IMG/VR virus record: IMGVR_UViG_3300045988_109730
From: a virus
DNA length: 47,355 nucleotides
Direction: 5' to 3' (one strand)
Under the pieces are notes generated by a model that was not told the DNA's origin, did no database searches, and was given only the letters and a program-made list of their open reading frames with translations. The number at the start of each line of letters is the position of its first letter. Within the stretch, counting starts at the first letter, position 1. A program made the position numbers and the translations under genes. Positions 14,992-23,585 of the stretch are shown here, piece after piece.

Positions 14992-15867
14992 ATGGCAGTT
15001 GGAAACAGTTTAGCAAACAGACAGCAGAAAACAGGATTAACGGCATATCTTACAAATGATGCTGTAAAAAATCAGATTAATAATGTAGTCGGTGGTAAAA
15101 ACGGAGATCGTTTCATTGCTTCTATTGTATCTGCAGTACAGGTTAATTCAGATTTACAGGAATGTACAAATCCATCAATCTTAAGCGCTGCACTACTTGG
15201 AGAGTCTTTAAAACTCTCTCCATCACCACAGCTTGGACAGTATTACATGGTTCCATTCAGAAACAACAAAAAAGGATGTAAAGAAGCACAGTTTCAGCTT
15301 GGTTATAAAGGATACATTCAGTTAGCAATCCGCTCAGGGCAGTACAAAAAACTAAACGTTCTGGCAATTAAGGATGGGGAATTGGTTCGATTTGATCCAC
15401 TGAATGAAGAAATCGAAGTAAATCTGATCGATGATGAGGAAGTAAGGGAAGAAGCAAAGACGATCGGATACTATGCAATGTTTGAATATACAAACGGTTT
15501 CCGAAAAGCTATGTACTGGTCCAAAAAGAAAATGGAAGCACATGCATTAAAGTATTCCAAAGGGTATGCAGCAAAAAAAGGATATACATTCTGGGAGAAA
15601 GATTTTGATGGAATGGCTTATAAGACAATGCTTCGCCAGCTGATCAGTAAATGGGGAATCATGAGCATTGATATGCAGAATGCAATGGAATCTGATATGG
15701 CGGTGATCCATGAAGATGGAACAAAAGATTATGTAGATACAGTTTCAGAAGAAAATATTGTAGCAGATCAGGATCTGCAGGAAACGGCAGAGGAAACACC
15801 TGAACCAGAAAAACAGGAACTACAGGAAGAAACAACAAAAGAAGAACCACAGCAGTTCTTTAAATAA
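14992..15867 (+). CDS. recT: RecT-family single-strand annealing recombinase
   Basis: SILSAALLGESLKLSPSPQLGQYYMVPF...FQLGYKGYIQLAIRSGQY. Confidence 0.9.
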   Translation: MAVGNSLANRQQKTGLTAYLTNDAVKNQINNVVGGKNGDRFIASIVSAVQVNSDLQECTNPSILSAALLGESLKLSPSPQLGQYYMVPFRNNKKGCKEAQFQLGYKGYIQLAIRSGQYKKLNVLAIKDGELVRFDPLNEEIEVNLIDDEEVREEAKTIGYYAMFEYTNGFRKAMYWSKKKMEAHALKYSKGYAAKKGYTFWEKDFDGMAYKTMLRQLISKWGIMSIDMQNAMESDMAVIHEDGTKDYVDTVSEENIVADQDLQETAEETPEPEKQELQEETTKEEPQQFFK

Positions 15868-15884
15868 AAGAAAGGAGCAACACG

Positions 15885-16310
15885 ATGAAACATATTAACT
15901 TAGAACAGTTTGCAGGAGGGAAACTTTCAGTACAGCTTAATAAGGCATTAGAAAAGATCACTGAAAATGTTCAGGATCCCAACACAGATGCACAGAAGGT
16001 AAGAAAGATTAATGTGTCAATCTCTCTTCGTCCAAACGATGAAAGAAATTTTGTATCGACTACAGTTGAAACAAAACTGAGTCTTGCACCAGAACTTGGA
16101 GCTACAACAGCACTGAGTATGGGCAGAGATCTTCGCACCGGAGAGGTTGAAGCGATCGAGATTTTTAACCAGATTCCGGGACAGATGAGTGTCAATGATG
16201 TGATTGATCAGGAAGAGGAAGAGCCACAGAAAGCCTTTGATCCGGACACTGGGGAAATCTATGAACCAAGCAACAAAGTCATTGATTTAAGAAAAGCAAA
16301 ACAGGCATAA
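15885..16310 (+). CDS. Hypothetical protein
   Basis: RBS aaaggag. Co-directional. Confidence 0.6.
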   Translation: MKHINLEQFAGGKLSVQLNKALEKITENVQDPNTDAQKVRKINVSISLRPNDERNFVSTTVETKLSLAPELGATTALSMGRDLRTGEVEAIEIFNQIPGQMSVNDVIDQEEEEPQKAFDPDTGEIYEPSNKVIDLRKAKQA

Positions 16311-16327
16311 ACAGGAGGTACATAACA

Positions 16328-17074
16328 ATGGATAATACATTTTTAAGAGAAGCAATCGAAAAGATCGAAGAACTGACAGACAGTGCAAGAGAGCCACATG
16401 TTGTAGAGATCGCAGGAAAGACTTATTGTGATAAATCCCTGTCACGATATGACAGAGAAGAGTTTGCAGAACCATTGACAGCTACAAGTCTTAATTCTCT
16501 GATCGATTATATCAGTGGAAAGAGTGAAGAGTTAAGAGAATCTATGATCATTCACGTAGAATCTCCAACAAGAGTAAGATTACTATCTGGTCTTACGCAG
16601 GAAAGAAATCGAGAAGAATTATTCCGCGTAGGTACAAATCCAAATGGTTTTGATTTCGATCATTACTATGATCAGGAAGCGTTTGTAATCAACATGCAGA
16701 CTGCCTTTAAACAGAGTGATGAAACAGAACTGATTCTTTCAGTTGCTGGAAACGTAGAAAATAAAACAGTGGCCAACTATGGAGATGATGGAGTCAGCCA
16801 GAAAGCTACGATCACAAAAGGTATTGCAGGAAAAGAAGATGTGATCGTACCAAATCCAGTAACACTTCGCCCATATCGTACCTTCCTGGAAGTAGAACAG
16901 CCAGAAAGCAAGTTTATCTTTCGAATCAGAGAAGGTTCTAACGGAGAACCATTATTCAAACTTGTTGAAGCTGATGGTGGTCTCTGGAAGTATGAAGCTG
17001 TAGATGCTATCAAGAAATATTTAACAGAGAATTTACCGGAAGAACTGTTAAAAGTGATCACGATCATCGGGTAA
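16328..17074 (+). CDS. Hypothetical protein
   Basis: RBS caggaggt. Co-directional. Confidence 0.6.
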   Translation: MDNTFLREAIEKIEELTDSAREPHVVEIAGKTYCDKSLSRYDREEFAEPLTATSLNSLIDYISGKSEELRESMIIHVESPTRVRLLSGLTQERNREELFRVGTNPNGFDFDHYYDQEAFVINMQTAFKQSDETELILSVAGNVENKTVANYGDDGVSQKATITKGIAGKEDVIVPNPVTLRPYRTFLEVEQPESKFIFRIREGSNGEPLFKLVEADGGLWKYEAVDAIKKYLTENLPEELLKVITIIG

Positions 17075-17079
17075 CAGTT

Positions 17080-17514
17080 ATGGAGACAGTTAGATTTACA
17101 GTCCCTGGTGCACCGAAAGGAAAAGCCAGGGCGAAAACTGTCCGTAGTAAAAAAGGTGGAACTTTCTCATATACGCCAGAAGGTACTATGTTGTATGAGA
17201 ATCTGATCAAGTGCTGTTACAGGCAGGAATCAAACAACATCATTTTTAATGACGGACAGCCCTTAAAAGTAACGATCATAGCTTATTATCCGATCGTTAA
17301 GAGTACAAGCAAGAAAAAGAAACAACAGATGTTGGAAGACCTTATGTTTCCAACGAAGAAACCAGACATTGATAACATTGCAAAAAGTATTCTTGATGCA
17401 TTGAATAAATTAGCATACAGAGATGATACGCAGGTGGTAACGCTGCATATGGAAAAGCATTATGCAGAGGACCCACGAGTTGAAGTAGAGATAGAAGAAA
17501 TCAAAAATGGATGA
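17080..17514 (+). CDS. rusA: RusA-family Holliday junction resolvase
   Basis: PKGKARAK...KPDIDNIAKSILDALNKLAYRDDTQVV. Confidence 0.85.
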   Translation: METVRFTVPGAPKGKARAKTVRSKKGGTFSYTPEGTMLYENLIKCCYRQESNNIIFNDGQPLKVTIIAYYPIVKSTSKKKKQQMLEDLMFPTKKPDIDNIAKSILDALNKLAYRDDTQVVTLHMEKHYAEDPRVEVEIEEIKNG

Positions 17515-17824
17515 TTTGAATTTTCCAAAATGGAACCCTAGATGGCAAACAATCAGAAATATCAATTCAGATAATCTAAAAATCCGATATAAAGCATTGA
17601 GAAACGCATCTTCTAATTTTATCGCTAGGAAAGATGTAAAAGAGTATATCAAAGCAAAGTATCAGAATAAATGCTGTATATGTGGCAGCAGAGAGCATTT
17701 ACAAATAGATCATGTTGTATCTGTTCTTCAGTTTGCACAAAAGAGACTTCCATACAAAGATTTAAACAAAGAAGATAATTTAGCATTGTTATGTAGAAGC
17801 TGCAATGCAGCGAAAGAACCATAA
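17507..17824 (+). CDS. HNH endonuclease
   Basis: CCICGS..HLQIDHVVSV...NLALLCRSCNAAK. Confidence 0.85.
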   Translation: MDDLNFPKWNPRWQTIRNINSDNLKIRYKALRNASSNFIARKDVKEYIKAKYQNKCCICGSREHLQIDHVVSVLQFAQKRLPYKDLNKEDNLALLCRSCNAAKEP

Positions 17825-17845
17825 ACGGAAGGTGGTGTTCTTAAA

Positions 17846-18712
17846 GTGGGCCGTAAACCCAAAACAGGACTAGATTACTTTCCTAAAGATGTCGATTATT
17901 ACGACGATTTTAACATCATGGATCTGATGAACGAGTATGGTCCATTAGGGCAGACCATCTATGATGTTGTTCTATGCATGATTTATCATGAAGGATATTA
18001 CCTGGAAGTGCCTAAAATGGAGCAGTTAGCGGTAAAAATAATCAAAACCATTGGTAACCGCTGGGTAAAGAAAAAAGACTTTGTGTTACAAGTAATTCAT
18101 TATTGTGCGGAGATAGGTCTTTTCGATCAAGACCTCCTGAATCAAAATGTTATTACCTCTGTTGGAGTTCAGCGACGCTATAAAGAAGTGACTGTTAGGA
18201 ACAAAGTCGATAGAAGTAAATATTGGTTGATTGATGAAAACGGTCAACCTTTATTAAATGCACCACAAAATAGCATTTCTGCAACAGAAAAAGATATTTC
18301 TGCAACAGAAAAAGATATTTCTGCAACAGAAAAACGACAAAAGGAAAGTAAAGTAAATAAAAATATATATTATAGCAATCCAGATCTGAACAGAGAGTTC
18401 TGTCTTTATCTTGATATGAGGAATCATACTGGCCCAACATTATCTGCAGAACAGATCAATGCCTTGAAAGAAGAACTAGATTCTCTGGCTGAGAATGATT
18501 CTGATAAGTTGGGCATTGTAAGAAAAGCATTTGGTGGAGGATATAAGAGTTTCTTCCCTACATCAAAGAAACGGAAGAAATCAACACCGAAACCAAAGAA
18601 AGAAGAAACTATACACAATTTTACCCAAAGAGAAGTCAAAGATTGTGATTATGAGAATCTGGAAAGACAGTTATTAAAGAAACAATTAGGAGGTGACATA
18701 ACGTATGGATAA
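17846..18712 (+). CDS. DUF4373 (Lin1244/Lin1753-like) replication initiation/organiser protein
   Basis: N-terminal GRKPKTGLDYFPKDVDYYDDFNIMDLMNEYGPLGQTIYDVVLCMIYHEGYY. Contains the ISATEKD tandem repeat. Confidence 0.7.
   Translation: MGRKPKTGLDYFPKDVDYYDDFNIMDLMNEYGPLGQTIYDVVLCMIYHEGYYLEVPKMEQLAVKIIKTIGNRWVKKKDFVLQVIHYCAEIGLFDQDLLNQNVITSVGVQRRYKEVTVRNKVDRSKYWLIDENGQPLLNAPQNSISATEKDISATEKDISATEKRQKESKVNKNIYYSNPDLNREFCLYLDMRNHTGPTLSAEQINALKEELDSLAENDSDKLGIVRKAFGGGYKSFFPTSKKRKKSTPKPKKEETIHNFTQREVKDCDYENLERQLLKKQLGGDITYG
18275..18334 (+). repeat. In-frame 21-bp tandem repeat x2.9 (atttctgcaacagaaaaagat, ISATEKD)
   Basis: Direct reading of the sequence. Confidence 0.9.
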
Positions 18713-19436
18713 TTTAATTCCTGTTAACTACGATACAGAAGAACCAACAGTATCAGCAAGGGATTTACACGAAGCACTTGAGATTAATAAAAGATTCTCA
18801 GCTTGGTTTGAATCAAATTCACAAGGATTCGTAGAAAACGAAGATTTTACAAGTGTACTTACAGGTACGGTTGTAAACAATGGAGCACAACGCGAACTAC
18901 AGGATTATAAAATGTCTGTAGATATGGCAAAACATATTTGTTTAATGTCCAGAACTGAAAAGGGAAAACAGATTAGACAGTACTTCCTTGACTTAGAAAA
19001 AGCCTGGAATACACCAGAACAGATCTTTGCGAGAGCATTAAAGATGGCTGATAGAACAATAGACAAATTAAAGACAGAGAAAGCTGCATTGATTGAAGAT
19101 AATGAACGTATGAAGCCTAAGGAGATATTTGCTGATGCAGTAACAGCGAGTAAAGATTCTATTCTGATCGGAGATTTAGCAAAAATTCTTAAGCAAAAAG
19201 GAATTGATATTGGTCAAAACAGACTGTTTCAAAAACTCAGAAATAACGGATATTTAATCCAAAGAAGAGGTCCAAGTTGGAATATGCCAACACAAAAGAG
19301 CATGGAAATGGGATTGTTTGAAATTGAAGAAAGAACGATCACAAATCCGGATGGAACGACAAAGATCAGAAAGACTACAAAGGTTACTGGTAAAGGGCAG
19401 CAGTATTTTATTAATAAGTTGCTTGCTGCAAGCTAA
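18705..19436 (+). CDS. Phage antirepressor (AntA/Bro-N-like N-terminus, KilAC-like C-terminus)
   Basis: ARDLHEALEINKRFSAWF...MAKHICLMSRTEKGKQIRQYFLDLEKAW. The C-terminal GDLAKILKQKGIDIGQNRLFQKLR is KilAC-like. Confidence 0.8.
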   Translation: MDNLIPVNYDTEEPTVSARDLHEALEINKRFSAWFESNSQGFVENEDFTSVLTGTVVNNGAQRELQDYKMSVDMAKHICLMSRTEKGKQIRQYFLDLEKAWNTPEQIFARALKMADRTIDKLKTEKAALIEDNERMKPKEIFADAVTASKDSILIGDLAKILKQKGIDIGQNRLFQKLRNNGYLIQRRGPSWNMPTQKSMEMGLFEIEERTITNPDGTTKIRKTTKVTGKGQQYFINKLLAAS

Positions 19437-19448
19437 GAAAAAATAAAG

Positions 19449-19599
19449 CATCCGGTTGATCTCTGTCCGTAGCAACCAACAACCTAAGATTGTTGTTAAA
19501 AGTCGTAGTAATAGTCGTGGTAGTTGTGGGGTTCGGGATGATCTTAAGCGACAGGGCGTAAAAAGATGATCACATATGCGGACAGAGATCAGCCGGATG
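19449..19599 (+). ncRNA. Structured element: 21-bp stem closing a 109-nt non-coding segment
   Basis: 19449-19469 pairs with 19579-19599. The single mismatch is U-G on the plus strand. Confidence 0.4.
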
Positions 19600-19697
19600 G
19601 ACTGAATTATATACCACAGTAACTATTAACCGCATAAGAAACAGCCAGTATAAGCCATGAGCCTGCTGCCTAAGGCAGTGGGCAGAAAGGAGAACTG

Positions 19698-19880
19698 ATG
19701 GCAGATTACAGCAAAGGATTTAAAAGACGTGTTGTACAGTTATGGATCCAACATGGTATGTCAACAAATGAGATCAGCAGAACATCAGGTATCGATCACA
19801 AAACGTTGATGAAGTGGTATAAGCGTTTTTACCCTGAGATAACAGGGGGGGGGCAAACGAGACAAAGTGCAAGGATTTAA
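19698..19880 (+). CDS. Small HTH protein (IS3-transposase-OrfA-like HTH)
   Basis: RRVVQLWIQHGMSTNEISRTSGIDHKTLMKWYKRF. RBS aaaggag. Confidence 0.6.
   Translation: MADYSKGFKRRVVQLWIQHGMSTNEISRTSGIDHKTLMKWYKRFYPEITGGGQTRQSARI
19845..19853 (+). repeat. G9 homopolymer inside the 3' end of the 19698-19880 ORF
   Basis: Nine consecutive G in an AT-rich genome. Confidence 0.9.
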
Positions 19881-19931
19881 GATGGCACTATATAGGCAAT
19901 TGTGCCGGATATCATAAGTAAAGGAGTATGA

Positions 19932-20165
19932 TCAGACGGCTTAACTTTCTATCTGATTAAGATTTTTCGAGTAACTATTAACGAAGCAAGCAAACGTAAA
20001 CATATTTTTCAGGTTTTTGTATTTTTATTTTTCACAAACTAGATTTGGTATTACAATTTTTCAAATCACAGGAGAAGAATCACGGCAGTTTATATGATCG
20101 GGCAAGAAATTATAGAAATGTGATCAGTATAAATGCTGTTTCAGGTAGAAAGTTAAGCTGTCTGA
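19932..20165 (+). ncRNA. Structured element: 25-bp stem closing a 184-nt non-coding segment upstream of 20180
   Basis: 19932-19956 pairs with 20141-20165. Both mismatches are G-U on the plus strand. Confidence 0.4.
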
Positions 20166-20179
20166 GATAGGTAGATAGT

Positions 20180-20587
20180 ATGAGTAAACAAGATTATATA
20201 ATGCAGGGCAGAAATGAAGGAATTGCGTTCTGTGACAAAATAGCAAAAGAAAAAGGATTAGAAGAGCTACAGAGAGTAACAAGACAGAGAAATCTTGCAG
20301 GGCTTCGAACACTAATAGATCCAAGAGAACTTGACCAGGATTTTAGAGATGCAACACTACAGATTTTAGATACTGTATTGATCATGAGTCTTATAGTTTT
20401 GAAAGATGAATTTGATTTCGGAACTAAGAGATTAGATCGATTCAAAAAAAGATTCAATGACAAAACAGAGTGTTTAGAAACAGGAAATGTGACATGGATC
20501 GATATGATCGAGCAGGTCAGAGAAGAAAACAACATTAAATTAGATCTTAGAAAGAACGATGTAGTGATGGCATGGAGGAAAAAATAA
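20180..20587 (+). CDS. Hypothetical protein
   Basis: Co-directional ORF. Stop overlaps the next start. Confidence 0.6.
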   Translation: MSKQDYIMQGRNEGIAFCDKIAKEKGLEELQRVTRQRNLAGLRTLIDPRELDQDFRDATLQILDTVLIMSLIVLKDEFDFGTKRLDRFKKRFNDKTECLETGNVTWIDMIEQVREENNIKLDLRKNDVVMAWRKK

Positions 20588-20751
20588 TGGTAAACAAGAA
20601 AGAATTTGAAGGTTACATCTGTGAGATCACCAATAAGCCAATCAGAGAGATGAGATTATGTCCGGACAAGCAGCAGAAGTTAAAGGTTCGGATCAAGTGT
20701 GATAAGGGATGCATTTATTGTGAGAAGGAAGTGATCGATAATGACCGATGA
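20587..20751 (+). CDS. Small Cys-rich hypothetical protein (54 aa), not in the track
   Basis: TAATG overlap with the upstream gene. Translation MVNKKEFEGYICEITNKPIREMRLCPDKQQKLKVRIKCDKGCIYCEKEVIDNDR. Confidence 0.45.
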   Translation: MVNKKEFEGYICEITNKPIREMRLCPDKQQKLKVRIKCDKGCIYCEKEVIDNDR

Positions 20752-20887
20752 AGAAAAAAGAATGGTAGAATTTAACAACTACATAGATGGTCTGATTAAA
20801 TTTATGAATGGGGAAAATGATGACTTTGAACCGATTCCGATACCAAAGGAAGTTGATGATGAAATGCAGAAAGACCGTTTCTATTAA
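20741..20887 (+). CDS. Small hypothetical protein (48 aa), not in the track
   Basis: Overlaps the upstream stop. Translation MTDEEKRMVEFNNYIDGLIKFMNGENDDFEPIPIPKEVDDEMQKDRFY. Confidence 0.4.
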   Translation: MTDEEKRMVEFNNYIDGLIKFMNGENDDFEPIPIPKEVDDEMQKDRFY

Positions 20888-20985
20888 TTGTTAAAGAAAG
20901 TTAAGGATTAACTAATATATCATTTAATACATCAATTAATAAAACAATACAACAGTTGATGTATCAGCTGGAAGGAGAAGAGAAT

Positions 20986-21369
20986 ATGATTACAAAGACA
21001 CAATTCAAGGATGCAGTTAAAAAGACAATCATTTGTACAATTATGAATCAGCCAGAAATAATTTATAATCTGGACCAAGATGAAGACGGAGCTATGAAAA
21101 TCTTGGTAGGATTTTATAAAAGACTTATTAAAAAATTATATAGAAAAAGAGGCGAATTAAAAGATTGTAATGAGATAAATGAAATATATGTTATTGCATT
21201 TGAATGTTTATACAAAGAAGATGGAGAAACACCAGCTTATGTAATTTATGAAGAAAATATGCTTTGTTTATCAAGCATTAATGCACTAACTCAAATGTGT
21301 CAAGAAGTAATAGATAATTATTATTGTGAATTAACAAGCGAAATCCAAAAAGAACTAGAGGAAGAGTAA
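20986..21369 (+). CDS. Hypothetical protein
   Basis: ATG lies 7 nt after GGAAGGAG. The track ORF starts earlier, at 20956. Confidence 0.6.
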   Translation: MITKTQFKDAVKKTIICTIMNQPEIIYNLDQDEDGAMKILVGFYKRLIKKLYRKRGELKDCNEINEIYVIAFECLYKEDGETPAYVIYEENMLCLSSINALTQMCQEVIDNYYCELTSEIQKELEEE

Positions 21370-21557
21370 TGGGCAAAGTAAGACAAAGATTAGGAAAAGC
21401 CTACATCCATACAAAAGAAGAATCCATCCAGAGTATCATCATTGATGCTCTGGTGGGTTCCGGATATGACGTGGATGTTGAGGTTACAGATAACGGAACA
21501 GGAAACGAAGTAGTATCATGTGAGATTTACGATGTGGGGGGGGGCAGTAAGAAATGA
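21369..21557 (+). CDS. Hypothetical protein (contains a G9 tract)
   Basis: TAATG overlap with the upstream gene. Confidence 0.55.
   Translation: MGKVRQRLGKAYIHTKEESIQSIIIDALVGSGYDVDVEVTDNGTGNEVVSCEIYDVGGGSKK
21536..21544 (+). repeat. G9 homopolymer near the 3' end of the 21369-21557 ORF
   Basis: Nine consecutive G. Confidence 0.9.
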
Positions 21558-21715
21558 TAACAACAAAAGATGCTGTAAAAGTATTAAGTTTAACACTAAC
21601 AATCGTATGTTATGGAATTTATTTTTATTCCGACCGAAAAAAAGATTGCTATCAAGCTATTAAATTTTTGATACTGGGATCAATCATGCAGAATGTAACA
21701 TTCCACTTGGAATAA
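21554..21715 (+). CDS. Small membrane protein (53 aa), not in the track
   Basis: ATGA overlap. Translation MITTKDAVKVLSLTLTIVCYGIYFYSDRKKDCYQAIKFLILGSIMQNVTFHLE. Confidence 0.45.
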   Translation: MITTKDAVKVLSLTLTIVCYGIYFYSDRKKDCYQAIKFLILGSIMQNVTFHLE

Positions 21716-21730
21716 AGGAGCGTTAAGAAT

Positions 21731-22015
21731 ATGGGAAAGACAATAGAGAAAATAGAAAGAGTGGTGAAAATGCTAAATGGACGACACATGCCAAAACCTT
21801 ACGAAGTGTACAAACACTTTAAAGGGAACTTATATGTTGTCCTTAATGTTGCTCGCTATACGGAGACAAATGAATTACTTGTAGTATATGCTGCTACAAA
21901 AGAAATGCAAAGAATCTATGCAAGACCATTACAGATGTTTATGAGTGAAGTAGATCACGAAAAATATCCAGATGCAAAGCAAAAATACAGGTTTGAAAAT
22001 ATGATGGAGGGTTAA
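21731..22015 (+). CDS. DUF1653-like protein
   Basis: YKHFKGNLYVVLNVARYTETNELLVVYAA...YARPLQMF. Confidence 0.65.
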   Translation: MGKTIEKIERVVKMLNGRHMPKPYEVYKHFKGNLYVVLNVARYTETNELLVVYAATKEMQRIYARPLQMFMSEVDHEKYPDAKQKYRFENMMEG

Positions 22016-22018
22016 TTT

Positions 22019-22117
22019 ATGATCGTTGGATTTTTAAGCGGATTAGTTATTGGAGCAGTAGCAGGAGTGGCAGTGATGTCACTCTGTGCCGCAGCGAAAG
22101 AGAGGGATGAGTTATGA
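22019..22117 (+). CDS. Small TM peptide (32 aa), not in the track
   Basis: GGAGGG lies 7 nt upstream of the ATG. ATGA overlap with the next gene. Translation MIVGFLSGLVIGAVAGVAVMSLCAAAKERDEL. Confidence 0.45.
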   Translation: MIVGFLSGLVIGAVAGVAVMSLCAAAKERDEL

Positions 22118-22488
22118 CAAGGGAAGAAAAGATAGATGAATTATACAATTTTTGTAATATGCATGATAGCTGTGATCAATGCGAACTTGATGATCTTGCA
22201 TCAGTTTGTGAGTTTGAGGATATGTGTAATAAAAAGATTGATAGATTTTATGATGTGATGGTCGGGCATGAAACTAAAGTAGGAGATGATGCGAAAGAAA
22301 AAACTAAAACTGTCACTGAAAATCTTACAGGTGTCGTGAAAGAAGAACCGAAGACAATAACAGAATTTTTTGATGAAATAAAAAGCAACATCTGTGATAA
22401 CTATTGCAAGTATCCAAGTGAAATAAAAGACTATGATGAGCTGATAGAAACAGTATGCAGCAAATGTCCGCTGCGAAAGTTGAACTAA
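22114..22488 (+). CDS. Cys-rich hypothetical protein
   Basis: Co-directional ORF with several CxxC-like pairs. Confidence 0.6.
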   Translation: MTREEKIDELYNFCNMHDSCDQCELDDLASVCEFEDMCNKKIDRFYDVMVGHETKVGDDAKEKTKTVTENLTGVVKEEPKTITEFFDEIKSNICDNYCKYPSEIKDYDELIETVCSKCPLRKLN

Positions 22489-22544
22489 TTATTAGATTAG
22501 TTGAAATATTAGTTGAAGAATAAGTCGAAGGAGTTGATACATAA

Positions 22545-22763
22545 ATGGCATACAAAGATTGTCCGTGCCTAAATTGTAAAGATAGATCACACGGATCAAA
22601 GAGAGTTGCTTGTCAGACAGGATGTGAGAAGTATCTTTCCTGGAAGGCAAAGGAACAGGAATTAAGAAGAAGAGAGAAAGAATCACGGCCTTATTACTCA
22701 AATGCAAGAAAAGCGATCATAAGAAACCGCCAGATGAAAAGAAAGAGCGGTAGGCAGATATGA
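22545..22763 (+). CDS. Cys-rich basic hypothetical protein
   Basis: Co-directional ORF. Contains CPCLNC...C..GC. Confidence 0.55.
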   Translation: MAYKDCPCLNCKDRSHGSKRVACQTGCEKYLSWKAKEQELRRREKESRPYYSNARKAIIRNRQMKRKSGRQI

Positions 22764-22930
22764 TTGATCCATGCAAAGCCTGTGCAGAGATAACCTGCAT
22801 GGGCATTTGTGCCGATCAGGTGCAATACAAGCAAGAGTATCAGGAGATGGCGGATCGGATAAGGCAGCAGATAATAAATCGTAACAGGAGGGGAGAACGT
22901 GGACAAGAACGCACTGATCCAATATTGTGA
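22760..22930 (+). CDS. Small Cys-rich hypothetical protein (56 aa), not in the track
   Basis: ATGA overlap with the upstream gene. Overlaps the next gene by 32 nt, so uncertain. Confidence 0.3.
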   Translation: MIDPCKACAEITCMGICADQVQYKQEYQEMADRIRQQIINRNRRGERGQERTDPIL

Positions 22931-23357
22931 CATGAAAGAAGAAATTAAAGATTTAAGGAGAAGAATCACAGAGACTGAAAAGCAGATCTTCAGAATTGCA
23001 GAAGAAGGAACGGTAAAAGACACAGTAAGCGGTGGCATGGGTGGAATACAGCACTTTGTTGTTGAGGGTATGCCAGTACCAGAACTTAGCAGAAAGAGGC
23101 TGCTGCTTAATAAACGAAAATCTATGTTGATCAAAAAGGAAAATGAACTTTTAGAATTAACAAATCAAGTAGAACAGTATATAAGTAGCATCGAAAAAAG
23201 TGAATTGAGAACTATTTTCCGACTGTATTATATTGATGGAATGACATGGACACAGGTAGCGCACAGGATGAATGCCATGCATCCTAAAAGAAAGATTGCG
23301 TACAATGAAAAGAATCTACAGAAGAGAAATGAAAGATTTTTTGCAGAAAATGAATAA
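22899..23357 (+). CDS. Late-gene transcriptional regulator, sigma-70 region-4-like (ArpU/DUF1492-like)
   Basis: GTG start after AGGAGGGGAG. C-terminal LRTIFRLYYIDGMTWTQVAHRMN. Sits before the packaging module. Confidence 0.6.
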   Translation: MDKNALIQYCDMKEEIKDLRRRITETEKQIFRIAEEGTVKDTVSGGMGGIQHFVVEGMPVPELSRKRLLLNKRKSMLIKKENELLELTNQVEQYISSIEKSELRTIFRLYYIDGMTWTQVAHRMNAMHPKRKIAYNEKNLQKRNERFFAENE

Positions 23358-23535
23358 ATGTCGCTCACTGTCGTAGGAAAATAGTTTAATATATAGACTA
23401 AACATTTTGTGTATTGATACTATACGAAAAGTTCTTCTTTAATGGTATGTATTTCGAAGTAAGAAAGCTCGAGAGATTTTTTAAATCATCTCGGGTTTTT
23501 CTTATGCAAAATACACATAAAATACACACTAGGCG

Positions 23536-23564
23536 TTGACTTATACACACTAAATGTGTATAAT
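23536..23564 (+). promoter_or_regulatory. hicAB promoter TTGACT-17-TATAAT with embedded 8-bp-arm palindrome
   Basis: The spacer and -10 contain tatacaca-ctaaa-tgtgtata. An extended TG is present. Confidence 0.7.
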
Positions 23565-23585
23565 ATAATCATAAGGAGGTAACTT

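Noticed and set aside
19845-21560. G9 tracts as programmed frameshift sites fusing adjacent ORFs
   Set aside because: I translated the +1 and -1 length variants. All terminate within a few to about 60 codons, and none joins the downstream gene frame.
22694-23134. Minus-strand ORFs 22694-23134 and 22698-22922, and other antisense ORFs inside annotated genes (for example 25231-25795, 28589-29049, 45401-45796)
   Set aside because: They overlap well-supported plus-strand genes, lack RBSs and have biased low-complexity composition.
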